Shown piece after piece: positions 38,352 to 49,617 of a DNA stretch of 64,000 bases. Both the position numbers and the translations under genes were made by a program. Source of the stretch: Deltaproteobacteria bacterium (GTDB lineage Bacteria > Myxococcota_A > Polyangia > Polyangiales > Houyiibacteriaceae); assembly GCA_034670305.1 (NCBI GenBank), contig JAXMNT010000005.1, positions 160,001 through 224,000 on the forward strand, in the 5' to 3' direction. Position 1 is the stretch's first letter; each line of letters starts with the position of its first letter. A model generated the notes under the pieces. That model saw nothing but the letters and a program-made list of their open reading frames with translations. It ran no database searches and had not been told where the DNA came from.

Positions 38352-40049
38352 CTACCGGAAGCGGCGACGGGTCAGCCAGGCGAGGCCGACCGCGAGCCAG
38401 AGCAGCGGTGCCGAGCTCGGGGCACCGGGCGTCGCGCAGCTGCAGCCGCCGCTGTCTCGCCGGGGCATCGGGCGTCCTGCGTCGCCGACCGGACCGCTGT
38501 CCATCTCGACCACACCACCGTCCTCCACCGGACCGCCGTCGACCGAACCGGCGTCGACCGGATCGGGCACAACCGGCAGCTGGCACATGCCGTCCATGCA
38601 GACCTCGACGCCCGGGCAGACCGCGCCCTCGCATGCATCGATGCAGCCCCGCCCTGCGCGGCAGGTGGCGCCCGGCTCGCACATGACGCCCACGCAGTCG
38701 GTCGGCTCGCAGAGGCCATCGGCCTGGCAGGTCTCGCCGGCACCGCAGGCGCCGCCCGGGAGGTCACAGCGCACGATGCAGGCGCCCGCAGAGCAGACGC
38801 TGCACTCCGGGTCGCAGGTCAGCTCTTCGCAGAGATCGAGACAGCGCCCGCCGCGGCAGTTCTGCCCGTCGGGGCAGGTCACCCCATCACAGGCGCCGAC
38901 GCATTCGCCGAGCCGGCAGCGCTGGCCCGCCGGACACTCGAGGTCTTCGCATCCCGCGTCGACGCAGCGCCCGTCCGCGGTGCAGGTCTGTCCTTCGCCG
39001 CAGCCGCCCTCGAAGCACACGTCGATGCACACGCCGCGATCGCAGACCGCGGTCTCGCCGCCGCACAGCGCGTCGCCTTCGTCGACCATGCCGTCGCAGT
39101 CGTTGTCGAGCGAGTCGCACGATTCGTCGGAGGCCGGAACGACCGGCGCACACTCGGTGCCGCCGCCGATGCACTGCGTCGCGCCCTCCGCGCACACGCC
39201 GACCATGCCGGTGTCGCAGGCGGCGCCCGCATCCGGACAGAGCACGGCGCCACTGCGGATCTGGAAACGCCAGACCCCGACTTCACCCACGTTCGATCCG
39301 GTGCACAGCGCACTGGCGATGCCGGGCGCGCGGGAGCCGGAGATCTCCACGAAGTCGCTCGAGTTGCCCGCGTCGAACCCGGCCTGGGCTTCGGTGCCGC
39401 CGAAGCCGCCGCTGCCGCCGGACGCATCGCCGGTCTCCCACTCGCAGCGGTTGTATCGAAACTCGACGTCGAAGTCGCCGTCCGCGCCGCCGCACCCAGG
39501 CACCGCCGTCAGGATGAGCTGAAAGCTCATGCGCAGGTCGGTGTGGCAGGAGAAGTACCCGGTGTCGTACCAGGTCGTGACCATGCGGCCGGGCTCGAGG
39601 TGCCAGTAGACCTGGTTGTCTCGGCTCGCGGCGGACGCGGTGCACACGCCGGTCGAACCGCCCAAGCCGCAGCCACCGAAGATGCCACCGCCGTCGTCGA
39701 CGCGGGTGTCTACGTCCGCCCAATAGGGCGCGATCATGGGCTGCTCCGCGACCGGGAACGGGTTCGGGGTGTAGGTGCCGAGCGCGGCGCTGAAGGTGAT
39801 GTTGCCGTTCGTGTTCACGAACGCGCTCGTGTGCGTGCGGTCGAAGAATCGCAGCCCGGCGGGGAACGCCGGGGTCAGATCAATCGACGGCGACGAGCCG
39901 TCGTCGTTCAGATGCAGGCAGCTCGAGCCGTAGTCGGCTGGACCCCCGAATCCGCTCGCAAGGGGCGCCTGCGCTGCCGCCGCCGAAGCGAACAGGAGCG
40001 CGAACAGAGCTGCACAAGAACCAAACCGACAAGCCAAGAGAACCTCCAA
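38352..40049 (-). CDS. Cell-surface nidogen-like (NIDO) domain protein with Cys-rich repeats and MYXO-CTERM, paralog 1
   Basis: Signal peptide, VNTNGNITF, IAPYWADVD, SFQLIL, ESCDSLDNDCDG, C-terminal GGCSC...hydrophobic...RRR. Confidence 0.85.
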   Translation of the reverse strand: MEVLLACRFGSCAALFALLFASAAAAQAPLASGFGGPADYGSSCLHLNDDGSSPSIDLTPAFPAGLRFFDRTHTSAFVNTNGNITFSAALGTYTPNPFPVAEQPMIAPYWADVDTRVDDGGGIFGGCGLGGSTGVCTASAASRDNQVYWHLEPGRMVTTWYDTGYFSCHTDLRMSFQLILTAVPGCGGADGDFDVEFRYNRCEWETGDASGGSGGFGGTEAQAGFDAGNSSDFVEISGSRAPGIASALCTGSNVGEVGVWRFQIRSGAVLCPDAGAACDTGMVGVCAEGATQCIGGGTECAPVVPASDESCDSLDNDCDGMVDEGDALCGGETAVCDRGVCIDVCFEGGCGEGQTCTADGRCVDAGCEDLECPAGQRCRLGECVGACDGVTCPDGQNCRGGRCLDLCEELTCDPECSVCSAGACIVRCDLPGGACGAGETCQADGLCEPTDCVGVMCEPGATCRAGRGCIDACEGAVCPGVEVCMDGMCQLPVVPDPVDAGSVDGGPVEDGGVVEMDSGPVGDAGRPMPRRDSGGCSCATPGAPSSAPLLWLAVGLAWLTRRRFR

Positions 40050-40064
40050 GCCTGTCAGCTTGAC

Positions 40065-41735
40065 TCAACGGCGCCTTCGATACCAGACGGCGGCGCCCAG
40101 ACCGAGCAGTACGAAGGGCGCGGCGGGTCCGTGGGAGCCCGCGCCCGGCACGGCGCAGCCGCAGCCGTCGTCCCGCGGCGGGAGCGTCCGACCGGCGTCG
40201 GCCGTCGGATCGCCGGCGTCTTCCTCTGCCACGCCCGCGTCTTCCTCTTCCACGCCCGCGTCCTCACCTGGGGGACCGGCGTCGGGCTCGACGCTCATCT
40301 CTTCCACGCATTCGCCCGCTTGGCAGATTTCGGTGCCCGGGCACATGACGCCTTCGCAGGCGTCGATGCATCCGCGCCCCACGACACACACCAAACCGGC
40401 GTCGCACATGACGCCAAGGCATTCGGTCGGTTCGCAGAGACCGTCCTCGAGACAGGTCTGGCCCGCACCGCAGGCGCCGCCGGTGAGATCGCAGCGGACG
40501 ACGCACTCGCCGCGCGAGCAGACGCTGCACTCCGGATCGCAGCTCAGGTCTTCGCAGAGATCGAGGCAGCGGCCGCCGCGGCAATCCTGGCCCGCCGGGC
40601 ACACCACTCCGTCGCAAGCGCCCACACACTCGCCGGCCTGGCAGGTCTGGCCGGGAGGACATTCGAGCTCCTCGCAGCCGGTGTCGACGCATCGACCATC
40701 GGCCGTGCAGGTCTGGCCTTCGCTGCAGCCACCCTCGAAGCACACGTCGATGCAGACGCCGCGATCGCAGACGGCGGTGTCTCCACCGCAGAGCGCGTCG
40801 CCCTCGTCGATCATGCCGTCGCAGTCGTTGTCGAGCGAGTCGCAGCGCTCATCCGACGAAGGAACCACGGGGGTGCATTCGGTGCCGCCGCCGACGCACT
40901 GGGTCGCGCCTTCCGCGCACACGCCGACCATGCCGGTGCTGCACGCGCGTCCCGCGTCGGGACAGAGCACCGTGCCGCTGCGGATCTGGAAGCGCCAGAC
41001 GCCCATCTCGCCGACGTTCGAGGTCGTGCAGAGCAGGCTGGCGATGCCAGGCATGCGGGAGCCGGGGATCTCGACGAAGTCGCGCGAGTTGCCCGCGTCG
41101 AACCCGGCCTGGGCTTCGGTGCCACCGAAACCACCGCTGCCGCCGGATGCGTCGCCGGTCTCCCAGCCGCATTCGTTGTATCGAAACTCCACGTCGAAGT
41201 CGCCTTCGGCCCCGCCGCACCCGGGCACCGCGGTGAGGATCAACTGGAAGTTCATCACCAGGTCGTCGTTGCAGCTGTAGTAGTTGGTGTCGTACCAGGT
41301 CACGACCATCCGGCCGGGCTCCAGGTGCCACCACACCGAGTTGCGCCCGGTGCTCTCGCACGTGCCGCGGGAGCCGGTGCGGCAGCCAGCGCTCGTGTCG
41401 CGGATGTCCACGTCTGCCCAGTACGGGGCGATCATCGGCTGGGCCGCGACGGGGAAGCCGCGCGGGGTGTAGGTGCCGAGCGCACCGCTGAAGGTGAGGT
41501 TGCCGTTCGTGTTGACGAACACGTTGGTGTGCGTCGTGTCGAAGAACCGCAGACCGGCCGGAAACGCCGGCGCGAGGCTGATGGAGTTCGACGACGAGTC
41601 GTCGTTCGGATGCAGGCACTGGGTGCCGTAGTCGGTGGGTCCACCGAGTCCGGAGAGCAGTGGGGCCTGCGCGCGGGCCTGCCCAGCAAACGCGGCGGTC
41701 GCGACACAAACGAACAAAACAAGGGGAAGACGCAC
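40065..41735 (-). CDS. Cell-surface nidogen-like (NIDO) domain protein with Cys-rich repeats and MYXO-CTERM, paralog 2
   Basis: Same architecture as 38352-40049. C-terminal GCGCAV...YRRRR. Confidence 0.85.
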   Translation of the reverse strand: MRLPLVLFVCVATAAFAGQARAQAPLLSGLGGPTDYGTQCLHPNDDSSSNSISLAPAFPAGLRFFDTTHTNVFVNTNGNLTFSGALGTYTPRGFPVAAQPMIAPYWADVDIRDTSAGCRTGSRGTCESTGRNSVWWHLEPGRMVVTWYDTNYYSCNDDLVMNFQLILTAVPGCGGAEGDFDVEFRYNECGWETGDASGGSGGFGGTEAQAGFDAGNSRDFVEIPGSRMPGIASLLCTTSNVGEMGVWRFQIRSGTVLCPDAGRACSTGMVGVCAEGATQCVGGGTECTPVVPSSDERCDSLDNDCDGMIDEGDALCGGDTAVCDRGVCIDVCFEGGCSEGQTCTADGRCVDTGCEELECPPGQTCQAGECVGACDGVVCPAGQDCRGGRCLDLCEDLSCDPECSVCSRGECVVRCDLTGGACGAGQTCLEDGLCEPTECLGVMCDAGLVCVVGRGCIDACEGVMCPGTEICQAGECVEEMSVEPDAGPPGEDAGVEEEDAGVAEEDAGDPTADAGRTLPPRDDGCGCAVPGAGSHGPAAPFVLLGLGAAVWYRRRR

Positions 41736-41751
41736 GAAAAACCTCCAGGGA

Positions 41752-42792
41752 CTACGAGCGGATGAGGGAGACGACTTCCGTCCAGAGCTCGGATTCTCCC
41801 ATGAGCTCTACGACGGTGATGGCCTCGGCGGCCGCTCGGCCCGACCCCACAGCATGGTCTGCTTCCAATGTCGCCGCAATCCGCTCGGCCACCGCGAGCC
41901 GGGTCGCGAGTTCGGCTCGGGCCACATCGAACGTTCGGTCGTCCGTCCAGGTGAGCGACCAGATCACATCCGCGATCCAGTCCGAGAACACTTCGCGCCG
42001 CGCCCGGTTCGAGCCAGGTCGCTGCTCGGCCCGGTCGAACGCCGCGGCCCATGGCCGCGCCGGCGTGCGCTCGAGGACGCCGTCGGGCTCGAGACAGGCG
42101 CGCATCGCCAAGACGAACCACTGGGCCGCGAAGGAGAACCCGCTGGTGTCGGTGACACCTTCGATGAAGATGCGCTCCGACTCTTCGAGCCAGGTCGTGG
42201 TGCGGAGCTCCGGGAACGGGTCGCATCCGAGCACCAGGGCCGGCGCTTCCCCTTCGGCCAGCCGACCGAGCAGATCCGCTTCGAGGGTGCGCCACTCTTC
42301 GAATCCGACCTTGGTCTTCTTGGTGAGCGCGATCTTCTTCACGCGGCGGTCGGCCTTGAGTTTGCCACGCGCGTCGAGCAGCGCCGGAAGCACCGACGCT
42401 TCGTCGAGCAGGGGCCGGTCGCCCATGGTCCGACACGGGCAGCGGTGTTCGGTGGTGATGCGGCCGCCGCGCGGGGTGGCCACCAGACCGAGCGGGAACC
42501 GGCGGCAGAAGTTCGGCTTCTGCATCGGTCCGTGTTCCGCGTGGATCGAACACCGCTGATCGGGGAGCAGGAAGTGGCATCCGCCATCGCCCGCGATGCG
42601 AAGCACCTTCGCGTCTTCGAGTCCCGGATCGGCGTAGACGCCCTTCGGATCCGCCGCGCGCACCAGCTTCCTCTCCGCGCTGCTCAGGGGTCCGAGCACA
42701 TGGATGTCGGTGCAACACAGCCCATCGCCGAAGCAGGTGTAGCGCGCGCCGGGGCGAAGAAAGATGGGTCGAACCGAGGTCGAAGAAGACAT
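41752..42792 (-). CDS. YkgJ family (CxxCxxCC-type) cysteine-cluster protein
   Basis: Motifs C..DGLCC, C.FL....CSIH...KP..CRRFP, CPC. Confidence 0.75.
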   Translation of the reverse strand: MSSSTSVRPIFLRPGARYTCFGDGLCCTDIHVLGPLSSAERKLVRAADPKGVYADPGLEDAKVLRIAGDGGCHFLLPDQRCSIHAEHGPMQKPNFCRRFPLGLVATPRGGRITTEHRCPCRTMGDRPLLDEASVLPALLDARGKLKADRRVKKIALTKKTKVGFEEWRTLEADLLGRLAEGEAPALVLGCDPFPELRTTTWLEESERIFIEGVTDTSGFSFAAQWFVLAMRACLEPDGVLERTPARPWAAAFDRAEQRPGSNRARREVFSDWIADVIWSLTWTDDRTFDVARAELATRLAVAERIAATLEADHAVGSGRAAAEAITVVELMGESELWTEVVSLIRS

Positions 42793-42902
42793 CGCCCGCT
42801 AGCTAGCAGGCGCGGCCTACACGGGCGAGGACTGGTTCTTGATGGCAGGCGCGATGTGCGCGACCGCGTTCAGCGTTCAACGGCGCGTGACCGTTGCCGA
42901 GC

Positions 42903-43451
42903 TCAGCCTTCGTCGTCGAGGTCTTCGGCGAGGTAGGAGAGGATCACTTCGTCGAGCGACTTCTCGGTCAGGAGATCGCTTCCGAAGATGGAAGAGGGCG
43001 GGAGGGACGACTTCGGTTTCACGCTCGCATGCGCGGGCATCGTCTCTTGGTACTTCTTCGACTTCGGTGGCGCGGAGGGAGGCGGGTCGCTCGGGATCGG
43101 CACAGCGCCGGCCAGTCGGGCCGCGGCGGCTTCCAGCGCATCGACGTCCGGCGGGGCTTGTTTGACCTCTTGGGTCGGCTCGCTGCCTTCGTCGTCGAAC
43201 TCACCATCGCGCAAAGCGATGAACATCGCCTTGTGCTGATCGCGCATCATCTGCTTGACCACATCCTTCATGTCCTCGCGTGAGACGAGCTCCGCGTAGG
43301 TGGTCTTCTTCGAGGCGATGATGCGTCCACCGTCCGCGAAGAGGTGCGTGATGATGTGGGGATGCTTGACCCCCGAGTCCTCGGTCTGGATGTGGTAGAG
43401 CTTGCCGTGGTGCCGGACGTTGGTGTTGTACCCGAGCAGGGGCGAAGCCAT
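42903..43451 (-). CDS. Conserved myxobacterial hypothetical protein
   Basis: GYNTNVRH.GK.YH.QTEDSG N-terminus and KSLDEVILSYL C-terminus, recalled from deltaproteobacterial hypothetical proteins. Confidence 0.75.
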   Translation of the reverse strand: MASPLLGYNTNVRHHGKLYHIQTEDSGVKHPHIITHLFADGGRIIASKKTTYAELVSREDMKDVVKQMMRDQHKAMFIALRDGEFDDEGSEPTQEVKQAPPDVDALEAAAARLAGAVPIPSDPPPSAPPKSKKYQETMPAHASVKPKSSLPPSSIFGSDLLTEKSLDEVILSYLAEDLDDEG

Positions 43452-43620
43452 GCGCGCACTCTATCCGATGCGGGCCCCTCGTCTCAATGATCCGGCTTCG
43501 TCCAGGCCAACGGCCAGGGCATCCAGCACTGCGGCTGCTGCAGACAGCACCGCGTCGAGGCGGGCATTCAGGCAGGGCGCGGGGTGGACGCGGCCACTGC
43601 GCCGACGCACATAGGTCGAC

Positions 43621-44532
43621 ATGGGCCATGATCCGAAGAAATCCCACGGGCTGAAGGTCCAGCCTTTTGCGGCCCTCGTCGACGCGCTTCCCAAGAAGAA
43701 GGGCGGCAAGAAGAAAGCGAAGGCCAAGGTGTCGAAGGCCGACGCCGCGGGCCGATCGAAGGCGCTCAACGACGCGGCGAAGAAGGCGCTCGACGAGATG
43801 CGGCCCGAGCGGCGCTCGAAAGTGGACGCCGAAACCCGCCGCGCCGCGGCCGCGGCGAAGTCGAAACCCGCTCGGACGGAGGGTGCAACGGCGCCATCGG
43901 CTGCGTCCGGTACGCCGGGCGCGGCTGCGTCGAGCCCCGCTGTGCCGACGGCGCCACTGGAAGGCTACGAGTACGCCGACAAGGCGGCCTTCCTTCAGGA
44001 GTTCGGTGGCGTGCGCCCGCTTGGTGCGCCGGCCGGTCCCGCGCGCGGTCGGGCGAAAAAGAAGTCGAAGGTCAAAGCCAAAGCGGTCGCCGCGGTGGTC
44101 GATGCCGCGCATCGGGCCGAGGACGAGCTCGCCCGCAGCCGGCTCGGACAGCTCGTCGCGGGCGGTCTCACGTTTCACATCGAGCGCGACGGCGACCACA
44201 TCACCGGCCGACGCGACAAGGTGACGATGAAGACCGTGCGGCTTCTGACCGGCGGCGAGCTGGCGCCCGAACGTTCCCTCGATCTGCATGGGCGCACCCG
44301 CGTCGAGACGAGCCGGCTCGTACGGCAGTTCGTGCGCGAAGCACACCGCGCCGGCCGCCGCACGCTGGCGATCGTGCACGGCAAAGGCACCCACAGCGCG
44401 CTTGGCGGCGTCCTGCGCGAAGCGGTGATCGAAGCGCTCACGAAGGGTGGCGCAGCGCCGCTGGTTCACGCGTTCGCGACCGCGCCCGCCCGGCTCGGCG
44501 GAGAAGGCGCCCTCCTCGTTCGACTTTCTTGA
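43621..44532 (+). CDS. Smr/MutS2 C-terminal domain protein
   Basis: Motifs LDLHG, IVHGKG.HS...VL, GGEGALLV.L. Confidence 0.9.
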   Translation: MGHDPKKSHGLKVQPFAALVDALPKKKGGKKKAKAKVSKADAAGRSKALNDAAKKALDEMRPERRSKVDAETRRAAAAAKSKPARTEGATAPSAASGTPGAAASSPAVPTAPLEGYEYADKAAFLQEFGGVRPLGAPAGPARGRAKKKSKVKAKAVAAVVDAAHRAEDELARSRLGQLVAGGLTFHIERDGDHITGRRDKVTMKTVRLLTGGELAPERSLDLHGRTRVETSRLVRQFVREAHRAGRRTLAIVHGKGTHSALGGVLREAVIEALTKGGAAPLVHAFATAPARLGGEGALLVRLS

Positions 44533-44617
44533 TTTCCACGACGCCTGCGGCTGCGCCTCCGGCTATGCACGCCGACCACGCGTTCGACTCGTGGCCAACG
44601 CCCGCTATGGTCGCGGC

Positions 44618-45439
44618 ATGCTCGACCAGTTGAAGACCGCTGCCACCATCGCCCGCGAGGCGGGGGAGATCATCCGCGAGGTCTACGCCAAAGACTTCGC
44701 CGTGGCCTACAAGAGCGCGCGCGATCCGGTGACGGATGCCGACACCCGCGCGAACACCTTCATCGTCAACGCGCTTCGCAAGGCGTTCCCAGACGACGGC
44801 ATCGTGGCCGAAGAGAGCAAGGACAACAGCGACGCGCTCGCGTCCGGCCGGGTCTGGTACGTCGATCCGCTCGATGGCACCAAAGAGTTCATCGCCAAGA
44901 ACGGCGAGTTCGCGGTGATGCTCGGGCTGGCCGTCGACGGGGAGTCGAAGCTCGGCGTCGTGTACCAGGTCGCGAAAGAGAAGCTCTACACCGCGGTGGT
45001 CGGCGAAGGCGCGTGGCTCGAGACCAAGGAGGGCACGAAGCCGCTCGAGGTCAGCCAAGAAGCGGACCCGTCCAAGCTGAAGCTCGTCTGCTCGCGCTCG
45101 CACCGATCCAAAGAAGTCGATCTCACGGTCGAGCGGCTCGGCATCACCGACGAACGCAAGAGTGGGTCGGTGGGGATCAAGGTCGGGCTCATCGCCGAAC
45201 AGACCGTCGACCTCTACGTGCACATGTCCGACCGCAGCTCGCACTGGGACGCCTGCGGACCGGAAGCGATCCTGCGCGGCGCCGGTGGCCGCTTCGCGCG
45301 GGTCGACGGAGTCCCGTACTCGTACGGTGGCAAAGATCTGCGCACCACCGGCGGCATCCTCGCCTGCAACGCCGCCGCCTACGACGCGGTTCTGCCGGTC
45401 GTCACGAAGATCGCGAAAGAGACCGGCTTCCTCTCGTAG
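44618..45439 (+). CDS. cysQ: 3'(2'),5'-bisphosphate nucleotidase / inositol monophosphatase family
   Basis: Motifs PVTDAD, AEE, VDPLDGTKEFI..NGEF, SRSH, WD. Confidence 0.85.
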   Translation: MLDQLKTAATIAREAGEIIREVYAKDFAVAYKSARDPVTDADTRANTFIVNALRKAFPDDGIVAEESKDNSDALASGRVWYVDPLDGTKEFIAKNGEFAVMLGLAVDGESKLGVVYQVAKEKLYTAVVGEGAWLETKEGTKPLEVSQEADPSKLKLVCSRSHRSKEVDLTVERLGITDERKSGSVGIKVGLIAEQTVDLYVHMSDRSSHWDACGPEAILRGAGGRFARVDGVPYSYGGKDLRTTGGILACNAAAYDAVLPVVTKIAKETGFLS

Positions 45440-45488
45440 GCGCGCCAGCGCCTACCCCTTGCCCTTGCCCTTGCCCCTGCCCTTGCCC
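45436..45488 (+). repeat. GTAG-palindrome hairpin followed by (CCCTTG)n
   Basis: GTAGGCGC-GCCA-GCGCCTAC overlaps the stop codon and is followed by CCCTTGCCCTTGCCCTTGCCCCTGCCCTTGCCC. Confidence 0.85.
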
Positions 45489-45524
45489 TCGAAGGCTGTT
45501 TGGGTTGGGGCTGCTCGATGCTCG

Positions 45525-46433
45525 TCAGTCGACCGGACTGAGTTCGCGCGACCGGAGAAACCGTTCCGCGTGTCGGCGGATCCGGCGGAGCTGGCCCGCG
45601 TCGAAGAAGGGCGGTCCCTCGCCGCGCTCGTAGCTCATGATGTTGCCGGGCGTGGCGCTGTGCGGGTTGCCGAAGAAGTGCCCGAGCTCGTGGGCGAGCA
45701 CCGTCGAGCCCGCGATGGCGCTCAGGATGCAGTAGTGCTGGGTGGAGGCGCTGCCGCGGCGTGAGCGCCAGTGCACGCCCCGAATGAAGCGGCCCGCGAT
45801 GTCGACGTCGGCCAGCGAGCGCACGACGAAGACGTTGATGACGTTCGGCACGACGTGGGGGTTGAGTCGGTGGCGGTGCCCGCGCGTGATCAGATCCGGT
45901 CCTTCGCCTTCGAGCGCCACGCGTTCGCCGCTCCGGAACGCGACGTCCGCGGGGGCGAAGATCTCATTGGCGCGGGCGACCTGTGCGTCGAGCCAGCCTT
46001 CGGTCACCACCGCCCGCCCATCCACGTGGGCGGTCTGAAACCGGATCTCGAACGTGGTGGTGTCGGCCTGCGCCGGGCGCGTGACCAGGAGGGTCGCGGC
46101 GAGCAGCAGCAGAGCCGCGACGTGCAGCCACCCGTGCCCGTGCAGCCACCCGTGCCCGCCGGCTGAAGCCGATCCCGAAGCCGAAGCCGAAGCCGAAGCC
46201 GATCCCGAAGCCGATCCCGAAGCCGAAGCCGACGCCGAAGCCGAAGCCGACGCCGACGCCGACGGCGAAGCCGACGCCGATCCCGAAGCCGGAGCCGAAG
46301 CCGACGCCGACGGCGAAGCCGAAGCCGATCCCGAAGCCGATCCCGAAGCCGGAGCCGAAGCCGGAGCCGACGCCGAAGCGCGGGGAGGTGGCCGTTTCTC
46401 TCGGCGCTGGGGTGGGTTCGTTCGATGCCGCAC
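45525..46433 (-). CDS. Secreted zinc metalloprotease (metzincin-like, M43/matrixin-type); start uncertain
   Basis: Motifs [12 protein letters not shown] and Met-turn NIMSY. A signal-like segment near 46070-46130 is preceded in frame by a hexamer tract. Confidence 0.75.
   Translation of the reverse strand: MRHRTNPPQRREKRPPPRASASAPASAPASGSASGSASASPSASASAPASGSASASPSASASASASASASASGSASGSASASASASGSASAGGHGWLHGHGWLHVAALLLLAATLLVTRPAQADTTTFEIRFQTAHVDGRAVVTEGWLDAQVARANEIFAPADVAFRSGERVALEGEGPDLITRGHRHRLNPHVVPNVINVFVVRSLADVDIAGRFIRGVHWRSRRGSASTQHYCILSAIAGSTVLAHELGHFFGNPHSATPGNIMSYERGEGPPFFDAGQLRRIRRHAERFLRSRELSPVD
46164..46379 (+). repeat. Degenerate hexamer tract (GAAGCC/GATCCC/GACGCC)n
   Basis: About 35 units visible. 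Confidence 0.9.
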
Positions 46434-46516
46434 GGGGGCAGCCTAGCGCGGGAGGGCACCTGTGGCGCCATGCGCTCGGCTGGCGGGGGGCGCGGTTGCG
46501 CCGTAGTACCTCACGC

Positions 46517-47806
<1,290 letters not shown>

Positions 47807-47836
47807 GCGTCCCAAAGCGATCGTAGGGTGTGCGTC

Positions 47837-48343
47837 ATGGACGAACGCATCTCGACCTTCGAAGAGTTCTGGCCCTACTACCTGAGCGAGCACCGCGACC
47901 CGAACTCGCGGCGTCTGCATTTCGTGGGCACCGGTGGCTGGTTCGTCTCTGTGGCCGCTTCCGCGGTGCTGAACCCGGTCGCGTTCCCGCTCGCGATGCT
48001 CGGCTTCGCGGCGCTGCTCCGCGACGGCGTGAAGAGCGAGGGCGAGGGCCCCGCGTTCAAACACATCGCCGGCATGGTGGCGCTTCCCACGATGGCCTCG
48101 CCCCTCTTTCCCGCCGGCGTCGTCTTCGCGTACGCCTGCGCGTGGATCGGTCACTTCCGGATCGAGAAGAACCGTCCGGCCACCTTCAAGTACCCGCTGT
48201 GGTCGTTCGTGGGCGACATGAAGATGTGGACACTCATGGCGCGCGGAAAACTCTGGAACGGCGACCCGCTCGAAGAGCTCGGCCTCGACGATCCCTACCG
48301 CGAAGTCCCGACCGAGATCCCGCACTCCACCGTCTACGCGTAG
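47837..48343 (+). CDS. DUF962/Mpo1-like membrane protein
   Basis: Motifs FWPYYLSEH, RRLHFVG, AWIGHF.IEKNRPATFKYP. Confidence 0.9.
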   Translation: MDERISTFEEFWPYYLSEHRDPNSRRLHFVGTGGWFVSVAASAVLNPVAFPLAMLGFAALLRDGVKSEGEGPAFKHIAGMVALPTMASPLFPAGVVFAYACAWIGHFRIEKNRPATFKYPLWSFVGDMKMWTLMARGKLWNGDPLEELGLDDPYREVPTEIPHSTVYA

Positions 48344-48378
48344 CCGCCGTTCGGGTGGGCTCGGTGTAGTCTGACGCG

Positions 48379-49617
48379 GTGCGTCCGGACCTCACCTTCG
48401 TCTGCGCGCGCTGCCGGGTGCGGCAGTGCCGGCCGCTGCGTGGTTTGATCTGTCCGATCTGCGGCACGGCTGGGTTGCCCGGAGACGAGACCAGCCTGAC
48501 GCGCTCGCTTCGTCCTTGGCCGGCGCTGCCGTGGCGACTCTTGGCGTGGGCGCTCGGCGTGCTCGGCATCCTCACCGCGATCGGCACGCCGGCGATGACG
48601 GTCGTGACGCTGGTGGCGATGTTGTTCGAAGAAGAGTCCCACGAGTACATCGCCATTGCGGTGGGGGTCATGCCCTTCGCGATGATGGGGCTCGGGTTCG
48701 CCATCGGCGTACTCGTCGGCGTGGGGGGCGGCATCGCGGTGTTCGCGATCGTCTTGGTGGTGGTGATCCTCCGTCCGGCCCGCGACTTCCGGGTGCTCCC
48801 GCTGCAAGGTCCGGCCCCCGCGGTGAAACCGGGATGGGCGCTCCGGCCATTGATCTGGCTCGAACGCAAGGTGCGCCCGCACAAGTCCGACGAGAAGATC
48901 CGAAAGCTCCAGTTCAGGCTGATTGGGTTGGGGCTCGTCCTGGCGTTGCTCGGAGCGCTTGCGCTCGACCGCCAAGAGTATCTGGTGCTGCTGTGCGTGA
49001 ACGGTTTCGGTTTGTTCTTGTGGTCGCTCGGCTGGGTCGCCTGGCTGCATCTGGTGCTGCGAGGGACCGGCACGCTCTTGGACATGGCCGCGCCCACCGA
49101 TGCCGAGCGGCGGCTCGCGGCGTTGGGGGACAAGCCGGAGTGGATGGAGGACGCGACGACCGGTCGCCGCTCGGTGCAAGGCCGGGTGCATCAGGCGCTC
49201 GGTCCCCTCTTGGAGGTCCCGGACGGCGGGCCGGACGCGATCGCGTGGCACGTTCAAGGACGCGCCGATGCGCATGCGATCGACGACGCGAACGCGACTT
49301 CGTTTCTGCTCGAGACGGACGGCGGAAAACACGTCGCAATCCTCGTCGGCCCGCACATGCTCGTCGACCTCGACCCTGGCGAGCCGAGCAAGGTCGTGCT
49401 CTCGGAGACGTTCCTCAAAGACCGCGGGCTGCTCGACACGACGGTTCGCGCGAGCGCCCGCCGGCTGGCGGTGGGGGACCGGATCGTGGTCTGGGGCGAA
49501 CCGGCCAAACACCACGATCAGACGGGGGGCTACCGGGGTGTGGAGATCGACGCACTGACCGCGGGCCAACGACCGCTGGTCATCCGGCCGGTGGATGGTG
49601 GATCCTCGCCGGCATGA
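48379..49617 (+). CDS. Hypothetical multi-pass membrane protein with an N-terminal zinc-ribbon motif
   Basis: CARC...CPIC, several hydrophobic segments, and a soluble C-terminal domain ending in GGYRG. Confidence 0.6.
   Translation: MRPDLTFVCARCRVRQCRPLRGLICPICGTAGLPGDETSLTRSLRPWPALPWRLLAWALGVLGILTAIGTPAMTVVTLVAMLFEEESHEYIAIAVGVMPFAMMGLGFAIGVLVGVGGGIAVFAIVLVVVILRPARDFRVLPLQGPAPAVKPGWALRPLIWLERKVRPHKSDEKIRKLQFRLIGLGLVLALLGALALDRQEYLVLLCVNGFGLFLWSLGWVAWLHLVLRGTGTLLDMAAPTDAERRLAALGDKPEWMEDATTGRRSVQGRVHQALGPLLEVPDGGPDAIAWHVQGRADAHAIDDANATSFLLETDGGKHVAILVGPHMLVDLDPGEPSKVVLSETFLKDRGLLDTTVRASARRLAVGDRIVVWGEPAKHHDQTGGYRGVEIDALTAGQRPLVIRPVDGGSSPA

Noticed and set aside
38325-38369. 15-bp direct repeat CCGGAAGCGGCGACG duplicating a gene end (possible att site)
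   Set aside because: The copies are only 30 bp apart with nothing integrated between them, so this is probably a local duplication.
38352-41735. traA/traB locus
   Set aside because: The head domain is NIDO-like rather than the TraA variable domain, and no OmpA-type traB gene follows.
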